Part shown: positions 27,921 to 39,279 of the stretch, piece by piece
Position numbering within the stretch: the stretch's first letter is position 1
Layout of the letters: every line of letters starts with the position of its first letter
Assembly: GCF_009914755.1 (NCBI RefSeq)
Contig: NC_060925.1
Strand: one strand, 5' to 3'
Length of the DNA stretch: 64,000 nucleotides
Origin: the human T2T-CHM13v2.0 reference genome, Homo sapiens
Program-made: the position numbers and the translations under genes
Notes under the pieces: model-generated
The model's input: only the letters and a program-made list of their open reading frames with translations
What the model was told of the DNA's origin: nothing
Databases searched by the model: none

Positions 27921-28237
27921 CTAGGGGCCACAGGGCATCAGAGGGTCGCTCCCCGGGGCAGCACCATGATCCCCCCTACCCAGGGCACTCAGCACCCCAA
28001 GCCCCCCACATCCCTCCCTGCTGCCAGCCCCTCTGGGACAAGACCTAGTTCTCTCTTCACGTTGGTGCTATGGGCTTGGGCAGGGAGGGAATCATGGGAA
28101 GATCCCACGGAACCCCCGGGCTTGGGCTCCTGGGGTCAGGCTCTGCAACAGAGCTTGGACTACTTTTAGGAGTGAGCCCTCCAGGGACAGACACCACAGC
28201 CAGATGTCCCACCGCCCAGCACACACATGGCCCTTAC

Positions 28238-28273
28238 CTCAAAGTCCAGGTCTGAATACCGTAATTTCTTTCG
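28238..28273 (-). CDS. ADGRB2: ADGRB2 exon 30 (RKKLRYSDLDFE)
   Basis: tcccag|CGA ... GAG|gtaagg; 36 nt. Confidence 0.93.
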
Positions 28274-28442
28274 CTGGGAAGGAGCAACAAGGAGGCAATG
28301 GAGGAGAAGAAAGCTTTTTACCACCGGCAGGGGCTTTAGAGACAGGAAGCCTGGCATCCCAGGGGTCTGCCCGCTGCACCTTCCCCCCAACCCAGGCCCA
28401 GAAGTTGCGGACCTTCATGGGGCAGCTTTTCAGGCCTCACTG

Positions 28443-28443
<1 letters not shown>

Positions 28444-28491
<48 letters not shown>
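28444..28491. repeat. (AC)24 microsatellite
   Basis: Perfect dinucleotide run. Confidence 0.97.
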
Positions 28492-28495
<4 letters not shown>

Positions 28496-30443
28496 AATGG
28501 CATGGTGCGGACTTCCAACATGACAGGCCCAGATGCCCACATGGAATCAGAGCCAGTGCTCATTCTCTGTGCCCTAGAGCCCACCCTGCATCCTTCCCCA
28601 TCTTGCCCCATTCTCTCTGCCAGCCATAGCTACCCCTCCCCTTGGAACCTTCCACTTGTCCTGCAAACACAGGTATTCAGGCTTTCAGAAACCTTCCTTT
28701 GACCTCACACTGCCCCTTTTCCTGCCAAACCAGGCGCTGCCTCCCTGGCCTCTCTGCTCCCTCATGCCTCTCCTGGCCCTCCTTGTCCCAGACCACTTTC
28801 AAGGCCCCAGTAAGCTGTACTGTACCCAGTGCTACTCAAGAAAGAGGCCTGAGAGTCTTAAAATGTCAGCACAGGGAGACCCATGAAGCCAAGGCCAACT
28901 TTCCCAGGTTACAGATAGGGAAACTGAGACCCAGGGAGGTGAAGGGAATTGCTCCCAGGCCTTCGAAGGTGATACTAGGACCACCATCTGGATCTCCCAG
29001 GCCTGTGGGCATGCTCACCACCATGGGCCCATGGCATTCACTCTCCTGGTTTTCCTCTCCTCTCCCTACCTGCTTTCTCTCCGCTGCCTACCCTGGCTTC
29101 TGTAATACTAGGCACTCACACTCTGCCCCGGCACCTTCTCCTGCCTTTACCACACACACGTGTATCCTCCCCAACCCAGCCACATCTCTCTTTCTGGGGG
29201 CAACAGGGCACCTCTCCCTGTCTGATGCCCCACAGGCACTGCACATGCAGCTCACACCAATGGAATACACTTGTAATTCCCTACCCAGACCTGTTCCTCC
29301 GCCCATCACGGTTGCCCACGCCCGAATTCTGGATGTCATCCTTGACCCCTCAAAGCGCTGCTGCATTTACTACTGCCTCCCACACAAGGAGCCTGATGTC
29401 CGCCCTCAACAGTGGCCGGCAGGCAGGTGTCCACAGAACAAAACCCGCCATGACGCCAAGCGCGCCCTTCTCCGACACTGGCGTTGCATTTTGTCTTTGT
29501 TACGCCTTCCTGTTTTTGCCATCTGTGGCAGAAGCAGGCACCAAATGTTCCAGAAACACTTTGGGAGAAAAACTAAACTTGTGAGCCCCGTAGCTACTAA
29601 CTTAATTTTCGTCTTGTGGCGGATGGGGAGTGGGTTTCTGAGGCCGAGCAGGAACAGCCAATTGTGGCTAAGCCACGACTCCTGTCCCTTTCCTTAACCA
29701 CATCCCCTTCATGACTCCAATAAAGTTGCAGAATGTTCTAGAGTTCCACAGCAGGCCACTACTGTCTGTTCTCAGTGATCCTCTGCAGGGAGCAGACCTG
29801 AGGAGGCCAGCGTGAAGGTGAAGGATTCACAGAACACACACAGGCAGGGACCCGGAGGGGTTTGCTTTTCTCCGGAAGAGAGGGTCAGTTACCACAGGCC
29901 TGTGGGCAGCATCTGCAGCTGATTTCAGGGGTGCTAACAGCAGCAATCCCCAATTATCTAGCACTTTCTACTTGCTCCACATAAATGTTTTACATCACTC
30001 AATCCTCAAAACGACTCCACAAAGAGACTGCTACGGTATCCCCACTTTACACACGAGAAAATGAAGGCTCACTGATCTCACTGCCAATCAGAGTCCAGAC
30101 TGGAACTCAGACCTGCATGACGCAGAGGCCCAGGCTCACACATTGCCTGAGCCACAGTCTCCTGAAATGAGGACTCATCCTAACCAGTCACCCCAAAGTA
30201 GGCCCTAAAGCAAGTGTGAACGAGTCGAGAAGTACAATTCTACTGTGTGAAGTCCCAGCCTGTCTGAAGGATTCACAGACACCACGGAGCTGCCATGAGC
30301 AGAAACAGAGAAATGCTCAGTGTATCCACTCCCAGTGACTTTTACGAGAGGCCGCTCTGGGGAGGATGAGGCTGTCCCCTCCTGGCTGCAGCCTGTGATT
30401 GACACAGTCTCAGACACACACCCCATTCCCTACAGCCCCTCAC

Positions 30444-31063
30444 CTCCAGGGAGCCCATCTTCATGGTAGAGCCGGGCACGGTGCGAGGCATGGTCCGGCT
30501 GCGCTCCCCTGGCTCGGGCACTTGGCGGGCGCTGGGTGTCGGCGGTGGCGGTTGGAAGGTCATTCCATAGGGATTCTGGAGAGATCCATAGGCAGGGCCC
30601 AGCCCCAGGCCCGAGTGGTCCACGGACAGGAAGCTGGGGTAGCCTTCAGTGTGGGCCACTGTCTTGGCAGCTCGCCGGGGGGTCCCCTCCGGCCGGGCCC
30701 TGGGGGCATCCTCACCACCTCCACCCCCACCGCCAGGCTGCAGGCTCAAAGTCCGCCGGGGCAGCACCATGTAGTCTCCCTCAGAGCCTGGCTCAGTGGG
30801 CCGCAGCCATGTGAGGTCCAGCTGCCGCAGGCCACCCTCCCCACACATGTAAACAGGGTTGGCCTCCTGTGGGGGCGGAGGCTCCCCCAGCCCTGGTGAG
30901 GCTGCCATGGGCACCAGGATATTCCCAGGCAGTGGTGAGAAGCTGAGGCTGCCCTCAGGGCCCACGAGGCAGGACTTGGGCTCCTCATCCTCATCCAGGG
31001 ACAGGCGGGATAGTGTGCCCGTGATGGTGGACGGGTTGCAAGTGTTGACCTCCTTGAACAGCA
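30444..31063 (-). CDS. ADGRB2: ADGRB2 exon 29 (cytoplasmic tail, VLFKEV...MGSLE)
   Basis: ccccag|TG ... GAG|gtgagg; 620 nt. Confidence 0.95.
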
Positions 31064-31758
31064 CTGGGGGCAGGAGTGGGAGGGAGGGGGTGAGTCCTGA
31101 GGAGAAGGAACCTCCAGATGCCATTGCCCAGGCTGGGGAGGTACCAAGCTTCTGCGCTTGGACAGGAAAGGAAACTGGGTCCTGGAGAGATGGCTGGGTG
31201 GTTGGTAATCTCTCACATATAAGAGGGGTTAAGAAGACAACGGCTCCAAAGTCCCCACATTGAGACAGGGCAAGAAACAAAGGCAAGGCCCAGCTCCCAG
31301 TGTCCTGGTGCAGGTCCCGACTTTGACCCCACAGCCCCACGGCTGTCAAAGGGCTTTGTCTTCCCACCTCCCTGTGCATCAGCTCCCCAGGAGACAGAAA
31401 TGGAAAGATTCTGGTAAGAATCTGGAAATGATATAATAACGTAACACTCTGTGCCATGGGTCCTGCTAAGAACTCGATGTCCCCGAATTCATGCATGCCC
31501 CTAAGCCCCCCACCTGCCCTGGGAGGACAGTATTCTCTCCTTTACAGGTGTGTTAACTGAGGCTTAGAGAGGCAGGTTGTTTGCCCAGGGTCATACAGTA
31601 AGGGACATTCGCAGCCTTGCGTCCAGCTCAGGGCTGTCTAACTTCGAAGCTGGACTCCAGCAGCCAGAACTCCATCAGGGCCTCCCATGATGGGGCTCAA
31701 GGCCTCCCCTTCTTCTCCAACCCCAGGACCATTCTCAGTTCTGCCACGGCACACTCAC

Positions 31759-31798
31759 CTGTTTGACAAGCCAGATCCACATCCTTTTCAAAGTCTGA
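31759..31798 (-). CDS. ADGRB2: ADGRB2 exon 28 (SDFEKDVDLACQT)
   Basis: ctatag|TCA ... CAG|gtgagt; 40 nt. Confidence 0.93.
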
Positions 31799-32160
31799 CT
31801 ATAGGCAGAAAGGGAGGGGCAGGTGGGCAGAGGGAGGATTAATGTATCAGGGTGGGAGGAGGCTCAGGCCCTCCCCAGCCAGCTTTGCCCAGTCTGCCTG
31901 CCTTAGGGCTGCCCATGGCCCATAGCCCATGGCCCAGCAGAGCCCAGGCATGGCCTACCCCAGCCCACCTGATGGCTAGGAAAACTGAGTGGGGGAAGGA
32001 CTTGCCCAATGCCACCCAGGTGTTAGTGGCTGAGCCTGAATCAAACCCAATCCCTGTCCCAACCCTGCCATGGATGGGGAAGGTAAATGGTCTAGGGCAG
32101 GAGGATTGGGGTGGGGGGTGCCCAGAATCTGCCCAGGCCCTGCCCAGGCCCCTAACTCAC

Positions 32161-32256
32161 CAGGATCTGCAGCTGCCCGTTCTTACACGAGTCAGGGGAG
32201 TCTTCGCTCTCATCAGCCCGGCACACCCCCATCTGGCACTTCACCACATCCTGGAC
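32161..32256 (-). CDS. ADGRB2: ADGRB2 exon 27 (VQDVVKC...QLQIL)
   Basis: ccccag|GTC ... CTG|gtgagt. Confidence 0.95.
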
Positions 32257-32615
32257 CTGGGGACAGAGGGCGCCTGCTGGGCCTGAGGCCACTGCAGGGC
32301 CCCCGACCACAGATGGCTGTGCTTCCCACCCCAGATGCCCAGGCAAGTGTAGAAGGAAGGCAACACATCCAACCTTGGGGAAGGTGATGACACCTGGGCA
32401 GGGTGCAACGGGAGGAGGAGACCCAGGAGGCCAAGGATAAGCATAAGGGACAGTTGCGGGTACCCCGGGCTATCAGCTTCCACAGTAAGGGCTGCCCAGA
32501 TGGGGCCTGGGGCACCCTGGTCGGGGCCTCGATCCTCCCGGTCTGCACAGTGAGGAGAAGCCAAGGGCCTGGCAGGTGTGGTGGGCACACACAGGCGGGA
32601 GAGGCCCAGCCCCAC

Positions 32616-32787
32616 CTCTCGGCGCAGGAAGCAGTGCACAGCAGTGATGACAAAGCCCTGCGCGGAGTTGAAGACAGCAAAGAGGGCCTGGAAGAGGACG
32701 GAACGGCGGTCTGTCATAGCCAGGACGGCAGACATCCAGGTGAGCGCCAGCAGGGGCAGCACCACGCAGGAGCTCCAGAGTGAGGCC
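32616..32787 (-). CDS. ADGRB2: ADGRB2 exon 26 (TM6-TM7)
   Basis: [22 protein letters not shown]...HCFLRRE; cctcag|GG ... GAG|gtgggg. Confidence 0.95.
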
Positions 32788-34099
32788 CTGAGGGGACAGT
32801 GGCAGAGCCCATCAGAGTGACACTCCGGGGGACAGGATGGCTTGAGCCTAGGCCTCCACTCAGCTGGAGCTCTTCAGCTGCCCAAGACTGGGAGGGCCCC
32901 AAACCCCAGGGCCTCAGTAATGTCCCCAAGCAGAGAGGGGCTGAGGAGCCAGAGCCAGAGAAACAGAACAGAGACCGAAAGCAGCGAACTACGGGGTCAG
33001 AGCAGGGACCAGGAAGGTGGGGAAGGACACGCAGACACAGTGGGACCGAGCCACAGACAGTGGAAAGGGACGGGGAGAGAGAAGAGGAGGCAGACAGATG
33101 CACAGAATCACCTGAGGAGCTTTTTAAAAATGCACGGGGCCGGGACGGCATCCCCAGAGCCTAACTGGGTAGGCTGGGGAGGGGGACTGGAAGAGGGACA
33201 AAGCAACAACAACCACAGTGAGAGAACGCATGCGACAGAGACACCCAGACAGAAAGATTAAACAGGCAGAGCACGCGGGGGACATCCAGAGCACGAATCC
33301 TCAGGGAGAAGACAGGGGGCCAGGACCAGTGAAGCAGAACTCCCCCCACACACAGAGAAGACGCCAGGCTCCCACGGACTGCTCAGAGCCTTGGGCAGAA
33401 GGCTCAGAGCTGGGGCTAAAAGCTGGGGTCGGGCCAGGCCTACACCTCCCTGGCCTCCCTGCCAGGGGAGGGCAGAAAAAAAGCAGATGGGGCCTGGCAT
33501 CCAAGCCATTCCCACCCCTCCCTAACCTGCTATAGCACATGAGGGACAGCCAGGCCACCATACCCTCCCGGGCCAGGTGCCACACTCAGCCCACTCTCCT
33601 TCGCAAACACCCCCAGTGGGAGAGTCAGGCACAGCTCTAGGCATGGCAGAGGGTGGCACCATTCCGCAGAGACAGCCGGGGGAGGCCAAAGCAGAGAGAT
33701 GGGCAGGGGGCCAAGACCTGCCCTAGGAAGTGCAGTTCAGGGCTGTTCAGCCTGGCAGGGGGCAGGCACAATGGACTCTGAAGTCCCCGGAGGTGTAGCC
33801 AAGACTAAGAGAGGGTCTAATCACAGTAATAAGAGCTACGCTGATTAACCACCAATTCTCTACCAGGCCCTACACTGAACACTTTACATATATTACTTCA
33901 AATCATGATCAAAACAACTCCAATTAACAGGCATGGGATTATTATCCCAATTTACAGATGAGGAAACTGGAGTGAGCCCAGCTGGGCAGGGAGAGGCACA
34001 GTTGGGATACAAACACAGCTTGACCGACTCCAAAGCCCAAGCATTGAAACAGCTAGTGCAGACGGGGTGAGGGAGGCAGACGGCAGCCCAAGACAGAGG

Positions 34100-34530
34100 G
34101 AGCTTCGTGGTGACGGTGCCAGCTGCCTCCAGAGGCCCTGAGCTCCCTGACCCTGCAGGTGTGCAAGATAAAGCTGGACCTCACTGGGCATGGAGGCTTG
34201 GGTGGATTTCCAGACCTGGGTGGGAGGTTGAGCCTAAGGTCTTTGTGGATTTGTTTTACCCTTGCATAGCTGGGATTTTAAGATTCTCAGATGCTAGGGC
34301 GGGGGTCTCAGTGAAATAATTCTCTACCTCTGTGATTCTCTGTCTCCAATTGAGTGTGAGATTCAATGCCTCTGAAATGCTAAGTCTCAGATTCTATGAC
34401 AGATGATAAGACTGGATGATTCACTCATTCTAACATTCTTAGCTTCTGATTGTCTTATTCTAAGATTCTATCATTCTAATTCTAAGGTTCTATAGCTCAA
34501 AAATTCTAAGGCTTAAGATTGTCTGAGCCT
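34100..34530 (+). mobile_element. CR1/L3-like 3' fragment followed by a degenerate 8-mer (GATTCTAA-like) tail
   Basis: gagctccctgaccctgcaggtgtgcaagataaagctggac resembles the L3 3' region; repeated gattct/attcta units follow. Confidence 0.45.
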
Positions 34531-34826
34531 CTGTAGGTTGGGGGTGTGGGGCGGTGCAGGATAGAACATTAGCTGGGAGTGAGGGCAGGGGCGGGATCCA
34601 AGGGTGGGCGAAGGAACCGGGCACCTGTGGGAGGCACAGACATCCACTCCTCATCGCCTTGGCCACCTCTTGCCGAGCCCTTGAGAGTGTGTGGTGGCTG
34701 GCAGGAAAGGGCAAGCTTTCCAGGGCACTGGGCTGATATCCCTCCTCCTCCCCCCACCATGGGCACTGCCCCCCCCAATTCCTTTGCCCCACCCACCCCC
34801 ACCGCCCCCCAGGGGGCACGACTAAC

Positions 34827-34925
34827 ATGGCGTTCCTGGCCGAGGCTGAGCTGAGCAGGGGGCTGGGGACCGCTCCACACGCTGAGCAGGGGAGGAGCAG
34901 GCTGGCCCAGGGGCACCGCTCCGAC
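34827..34925 (-). CDS. ADGRB2: ADGRB2 exon 25 (99-nt ICL3 cassette, SERCPW...ARNAM)
   Basis: cccgag|GTCGG ... CAT|gttagt; phase 2-2, frame-neutral. Confidence 0.9.
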
Positions 34926-35223
34926 CTCGGGGGCGGCACAGACATGGGAGAAGGAGGGGAAACACATGGGAAGCCGGGAGATGGGGCAGAATGAGCCCCG
35001 AGTGGGGTGGGAGGGGAGGGCAGACGAGAGAGAGAGAGCTGGGTTAGGGTGGGTGAGGGGCTGCGGCTGAGCACTCCGGGTGCCCACCTTGCCTGCAACC
35101 TTGATGCACCAAGGTTGGGGAGCCCCGGTCGCATCATCGAGCCCTGAGTCTCCAAGAGCACCCATGTCCCTCCCTCCCTGCACCATTTCCAGAAAGGCCA
35201 AGTCTCAGAGGCCCCCCCCTTAC

Positions 35224-35309
35224 CCGGCCCTCTGCTTCTTGGATTTGTCGGAGATGCCATCACGTGCCATGAGCTTGTTGAAGACGATGATTCCGATGAG
35301 CATGTTCAC
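35224..35309 (-). CDS. ADGRB2: ADGRB2 exon 24 (end of TM5/ICL3)
   Basis: [29 protein letters not shown]; CGG|gtaagg. Confidence 0.94.
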
Positions 35310-35470
35310 CTGGGGGCCCAGTAGAGTGGAGTGGGGGAGACAGGATCACCAGGTGCCCTCCTGGCAGGGAAATCCCCATGTGGGAGCTGGAGCGCAGGGA
35401 GGAGGTAGAGGGAGAAACAGGATGACCCTCTGGGGCCATGCCCCTTCCAAGATGCTGAACGGGCACATAC

Positions 35471-35537
35471 CAGGACAATGACGGCTGCAGGGCCCACAAA
35501 GGCGTAGAGCAGGCCGCCCTCCAGGGAGAGCCAGCAG
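35471..35537 (-). CDS. ADGRB2: ADGRB2 exon 23 (ECL2/TM5)
   Basis: [22 protein letters not shown]; CTG|gtatgt. Confidence 0.94.
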
Positions 35538-35964
35538 CTGGGGTGGGGGAGAAGAAGGGTGTCAGACACCCAGCAGCCTCCCTCCCCACCCTCAAACACC
35601 ATCCCTCAGTCCTCCCAGGCTGCCATGCCCGCATCACCAGTGCAGTCTGAGCCCCAGACGGTGAGAGTGAGCCACTGGCTCCTGCTGAGCCTCGGTTTCC
35701 CCTCCAACAAAGGTCCAGAACATTAGGCTCATCCCCCAGTGCTCCCATGGGGATGAAGCAAGGCTGACTCCTGAGCTAAACAGTCCCTTAGGGATTACCC
35801 AGTCCTAGCACATTCCCTCAGTCAGGGAAACTGAAGCTCAGAAATGGGGAGGAACTTGCCCAAAGACCCAAAACAGGCATGGGCTAGGATTTCAGCCAGC
35901 TGCCCAGTCCGATTCCCTAACAGATCCACTACCCGCTACCACCCACCACGGGAGGCCCACGTAC

Positions 35965-36034
35965 TAGCTGGATGTACCGTATCCTTTCGTTCGGGTAAAG
36001 CCAACAGACACGGCCACCACCAGGGCAGGCAGAC
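35965..36034 (-). CDS. ADGRB2: ADGRB2 exon 22 (TM4)
   Basis: [24 protein letters not shown]; CTA|gtacgt. Confidence 0.94.
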
Positions 36035-36216
36035 CTGGGGGAGCAGGGGTGCCAGAGTGAGATGGTTGCTGGTCTTCAGGGACCCCTTGTTCTCCCAGAC
36101 TCCCATCCCAGCTGACCCCTGTGCCCAGAGAGCTGGGCCAGGGCCAAAGCTGAACCTCTCTTGCTGCCCCTGCCCACCAAGGCCCAGCAGCAGAGTCCAG
36201 CACTGGCCCTGCTCAC

Positions 36217-36367
36217 CCCAGCCCAGGCAGAGGAAGCGCTTGCGAACGAGGCGGGTGCGCATCCGCCCAATGACAGCCAGGTAGGACTGCCAGGCCTCGG
36301 TAAGCACCCAGCAAAAGGAGGAGAGAAAGAAGAAGTGCAGGAAGGCAGCCGTCATGGTGCACACGCC
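36217..36367 (-). CDS. ADGRB2: ADGRB2 exon 21 (TM3/ICL2)
   Basis: [26 protein letters not shown]...CLGWG. Confidence 0.95.
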
Positions 36368-37072
36368 CTGCAGGGAGAGGGAATGGGAGGGAGTGGCCCT
36401 GAGCAGCCGCCAGGGCAGGAGGCGCCGGGCTTCCCACGCCCGCTGCTGGGCGCTGCCACAGCCGCCCACCTGAGCCCCGCCCCCCACAGAGCCCTGCCAG
36501 GCACCCCCGCCTTCCTGCACCCACACACAGCACGACACGGGCCTGGTGACACACACACAGCACTCGGCATCCAGGGAGGCGGGTGGGCAGGCTGCCCACG
36601 CACAGACGGGGCTGGCAGGGAGGGGGACAGACATGAGCACCTGCCACGTCACAGCTGGGCAGGCCCTGTGCCTGGCATGCATGGTGCTGGCACTGTGCAG
36701 AGAAGGCCAAGGGGGCATAGGGAAGAGTCTGCACAGGTCGTCCACAGGTAGGTGGCAAAAGGAGGCCTCACTCAGGCTTCCACACGCTCACAGACACAAG
36801 GAGGCCCAATGCCACCTGCCCAACACACACCCAGCGCTCAGCTCACACACACATTTACTGATGTTCACAGAAGTTCCTCACTTGAGTACACACCCCCTCT
36901 CCAATGTCCTCACATATGGTCTCACACACTATTTCATACACACTCTAATCCCAACATGGGGCACACATACACCACCACTAATGGACGTACAAGCAAACAC
37001 ACACACTGCGCTCTCCACCCTCACCCCTCCACCCCACTCACACCCCTGGCAGCCCTGGAAGTCTGCACCTGC

Positions 37073-37175
37073 CTTGCTCAGCACCCGGGACTGGCCCACG
37101 AGGATCAGGATGTTGGATGCCAAGATGGACAGGCAGAAGTTCAGCAAGATGATGGAGCGTTCAGATTTTATGAAC
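37073..37175 (-). CDS. ADGRB2: ADGRB2 exon 20 (TM2), followed by a GC donor
   Basis: [34 protein letters not shown]; phase requires AAG|gcaggt. Confidence 0.9.
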
Positions 37176-37295
37176 CTGCCGGGGCACAGCAGGCAGGGAC
37201 AGAGGCGCTGGCTGCCCCATCCGACCTGGTGTGGCTGGCCACCTTCTGCGCCTGCCCCCCCTCCCCCAGCCACAAGAGCCAGGTGTCAGACCTAC

Positions 37296-37399
37296 CTCCA
37301 AAAGGCGGCATAGATGGCGAGCAGGGTGAGCAGCGCCATGCACGACACTGCACAGCCGATCACCAGGGGGACCGAGGGGGAGCCCGCCAGCTCCAGGGT
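37296..37399 (-). CDS. ADGRB2: ADGRB2 exon 19 (TM1)
   Basis: [34 protein letters not shown]; GAG|gtaggt. Confidence 0.95.
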
Positions 37400-37843
37400 C
37401 TGGGGAAGATGGGCAGACAGTCAGATGGGTTCCTGGGAGGGGGGAGCTGCAGGGGTGCCCTGTCCCCTCATCTACCATAGACTGGCATACCCACAGGCAG
37501 AAGGGCAACACCTTCTTGCTGTTGTACTCATGTATGCACAGAACAGACCCGGGTATCTATGTGGACACATATTTATGCTCAGTCACCTGCACTCTTCTAC
37601 ACACAACCAGACACACACATGTGCACACACACACACACAACTGGCCACTGCCGCATACCCCCAGGCAAATATCATTGCTGTGAGCACAATCCCAGGGGCA
37701 CAGACATCCACGTACAATCCCACAAGCGCACCTGCAGATGCACATTCAGGATCACCCAGGCGCCTGCCAACACCATCACTGATGGCTGCTGGAAGCCCAG
37801 GGCCTCCTCCCTTATTCAGCCCAGGCACCTCTGTTCCACTCAC

Positions 37844-37970
37844 CAGGTCCTTGGGCGGCTGGGCTAGTACAGCAAAGGTGGACAGGTGCTGGCACTGGCA
37901 GCGGGTGTGAGCTGCCTGGGTCTCCAGGGTCTGGCAATTTTCAGTGTCCCAGTCTCCTGAGCTGGCATCT
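37844..37970 (-). CDS. ADGRB2: ADGRB2 exon 18 (GPS motif, [12 protein letters not shown] tethered-agonist region)
   Basis: cccaag|AGAT ... CTG|gtgagt; H-L-S autoproteolysis consensus. Confidence 0.94.
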
Positions 37971-38230
37971 CTTGGGTAGGGGAGAGATTCAGTGAGCCCC
38001 AGGCCAGCTACGTGGCCCTGCCCCCAGTCCTGGCCACTGCCCAAGGACAGGCTAAATCCACAGTAAGGCCACATCCACGAGGCAACAGCAGGGAGTCCCA
38101 GGATACGTTCTTGACCCCTTAGGCTAGGATGGCACCAAAAATCCCTCTTGCCTTTTAGGCAGGAGACCCCTTTCTGGCAAAGGGCCCTAGGGCTGCTCCC
38201 TTCCTCACCCAGAGGAGCCACCCAACTCAC

Positions 38231-38274
38231 GCTCTGGAGTAGTCCCAGCTGGCGCAATGGGGATCCGTGGTCCC
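38231..38274 (-). CDS. ADGRB2: ADGRB2 exon 17 ([15 protein letters not shown])
   Basis: ccccag|GGG ... AGC|gtgagt; 44 nt. Confidence 0.92.
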
Positions 38275-38475
38275 CTGGGGAGCAAAAGACATGAGTGCAG
38301 TCTAGGGAGGGAAGCTCACCACACCCCACCACTGCCCATGCCATGGGGGCCACAGCAGCTCCCACACAGGTCCAGGGTTCAGCCCACCATCAGGGACAGA
38401 GTGCTTCCCACCAGCCAGGCCTCTGGCCACCCAGGTTGAGGTGCACCCAAGGTCTCTGCATGGATCTCCACTCAC

Positions 38476-38581
38476 ATTGATGATGTAGGAGAGCTCCACA
38501 GTGATGAGGGGCTCAGCTGGAGGCTGGGTAGGGGGGCGCACAGTCACTGTCATCACCCGGGATGTGACGGCCAGCGGGGGC
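38476..38581 (-). CDS. ADGRB2: ADGRB2 exon 16 (GAIN)
   Basis: [14 protein letters not shown]...SYIIN; AAT|gtgagt. Confidence 0.94.
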
Positions 38582-38951
38582 CTGCGGGACAGGTACCGAA
38601 GTCAGCTCCTGCCAGCGGGTGCCAGCCCCAGTCAGAAACCCTGAAGCCGCTTTGGATGGGTGTGCAGAGGCTTCCAAGGAGCCAAGGCCCAGGGGAAGGC
38701 CTAACTCAGTGGGGTCCAGGACTTCAGGTGAGGTCTAGAGCTCTGTCCCTCACCCGCTGGGTGGCAGCCCAGCCTCTGAGAGCAGTATGGATAAATTTGA
38801 GAAGCATGTGTCCAGAGCCAGGCAAGGGGTTCCTGAAGGTGGAGGAGGCTGCCATGGATCTCTCTGCAGCCAGCACTGGCTCAGTCCTCCTTCCCTTACC
38901 TGGGCCTTCCTGGACCCTCAGCAGCCCCAGCCACCCATCCCCAGGACTCAC

Positions 38952-39279
38952 CTGGGAGGCGGCAGGATGAGGCCAAGGGTGCGGTAGAGTACAGCACCGA
39001 TCACAAAGTAGGAGGACTCATCAGGGTCTGCTGGGAGGAGGCGCTGGTGGGAGTGGCCTGGGCCAGGAGGCACCGTTCCTGGGCCCCTCCCCCTGCCAGG
39101 GCTGCCTGCTGCCCCAGATGTGGCTGGCTTCCCTGGGGAGGAGAGGCTGAGCACCTCCTTGGGCAGGAAGAGGCGGTCCTCTGAGTGCCGCACCCAGTCC
39201 TTCATGCCCCGGCGGCCCCGCATGGGGAACGTGATGTCACTGGACACAGCTGAGACGGGCTCTCGCTGAATGCTGATCA
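38952..39279 (-). CDS. ADGRB2: ADGRB2 exon 15 (GAIN)
   Basis: VISIQREPV...LILPPPR; CAG|gtgagt. Confidence 0.95.

Noticed and set aside
28642-29697. 351-aa plus-strand ORF antisense to ADGRB2 intron 29
   Set aside because: Non-ATG start, overlaps MIR-derived sequence (LQIGKLRPREVK), and has no recognisable domain; a chance ORF in GC-rich DNA.
30342-31496. 384-aa ORF as a separate gene or much longer exon
   Set aside because: It is exon 29 (30444-31063) plus stop-free intronic flanks; splice sites and phase define the real exon.
31960-32320. CTCF-like motifs (CCACCTGATGGC, CCACAGATGGC)
   Set aside because: Mismatches in core positions; cannot be supported without a PWM scan or ChIP data.
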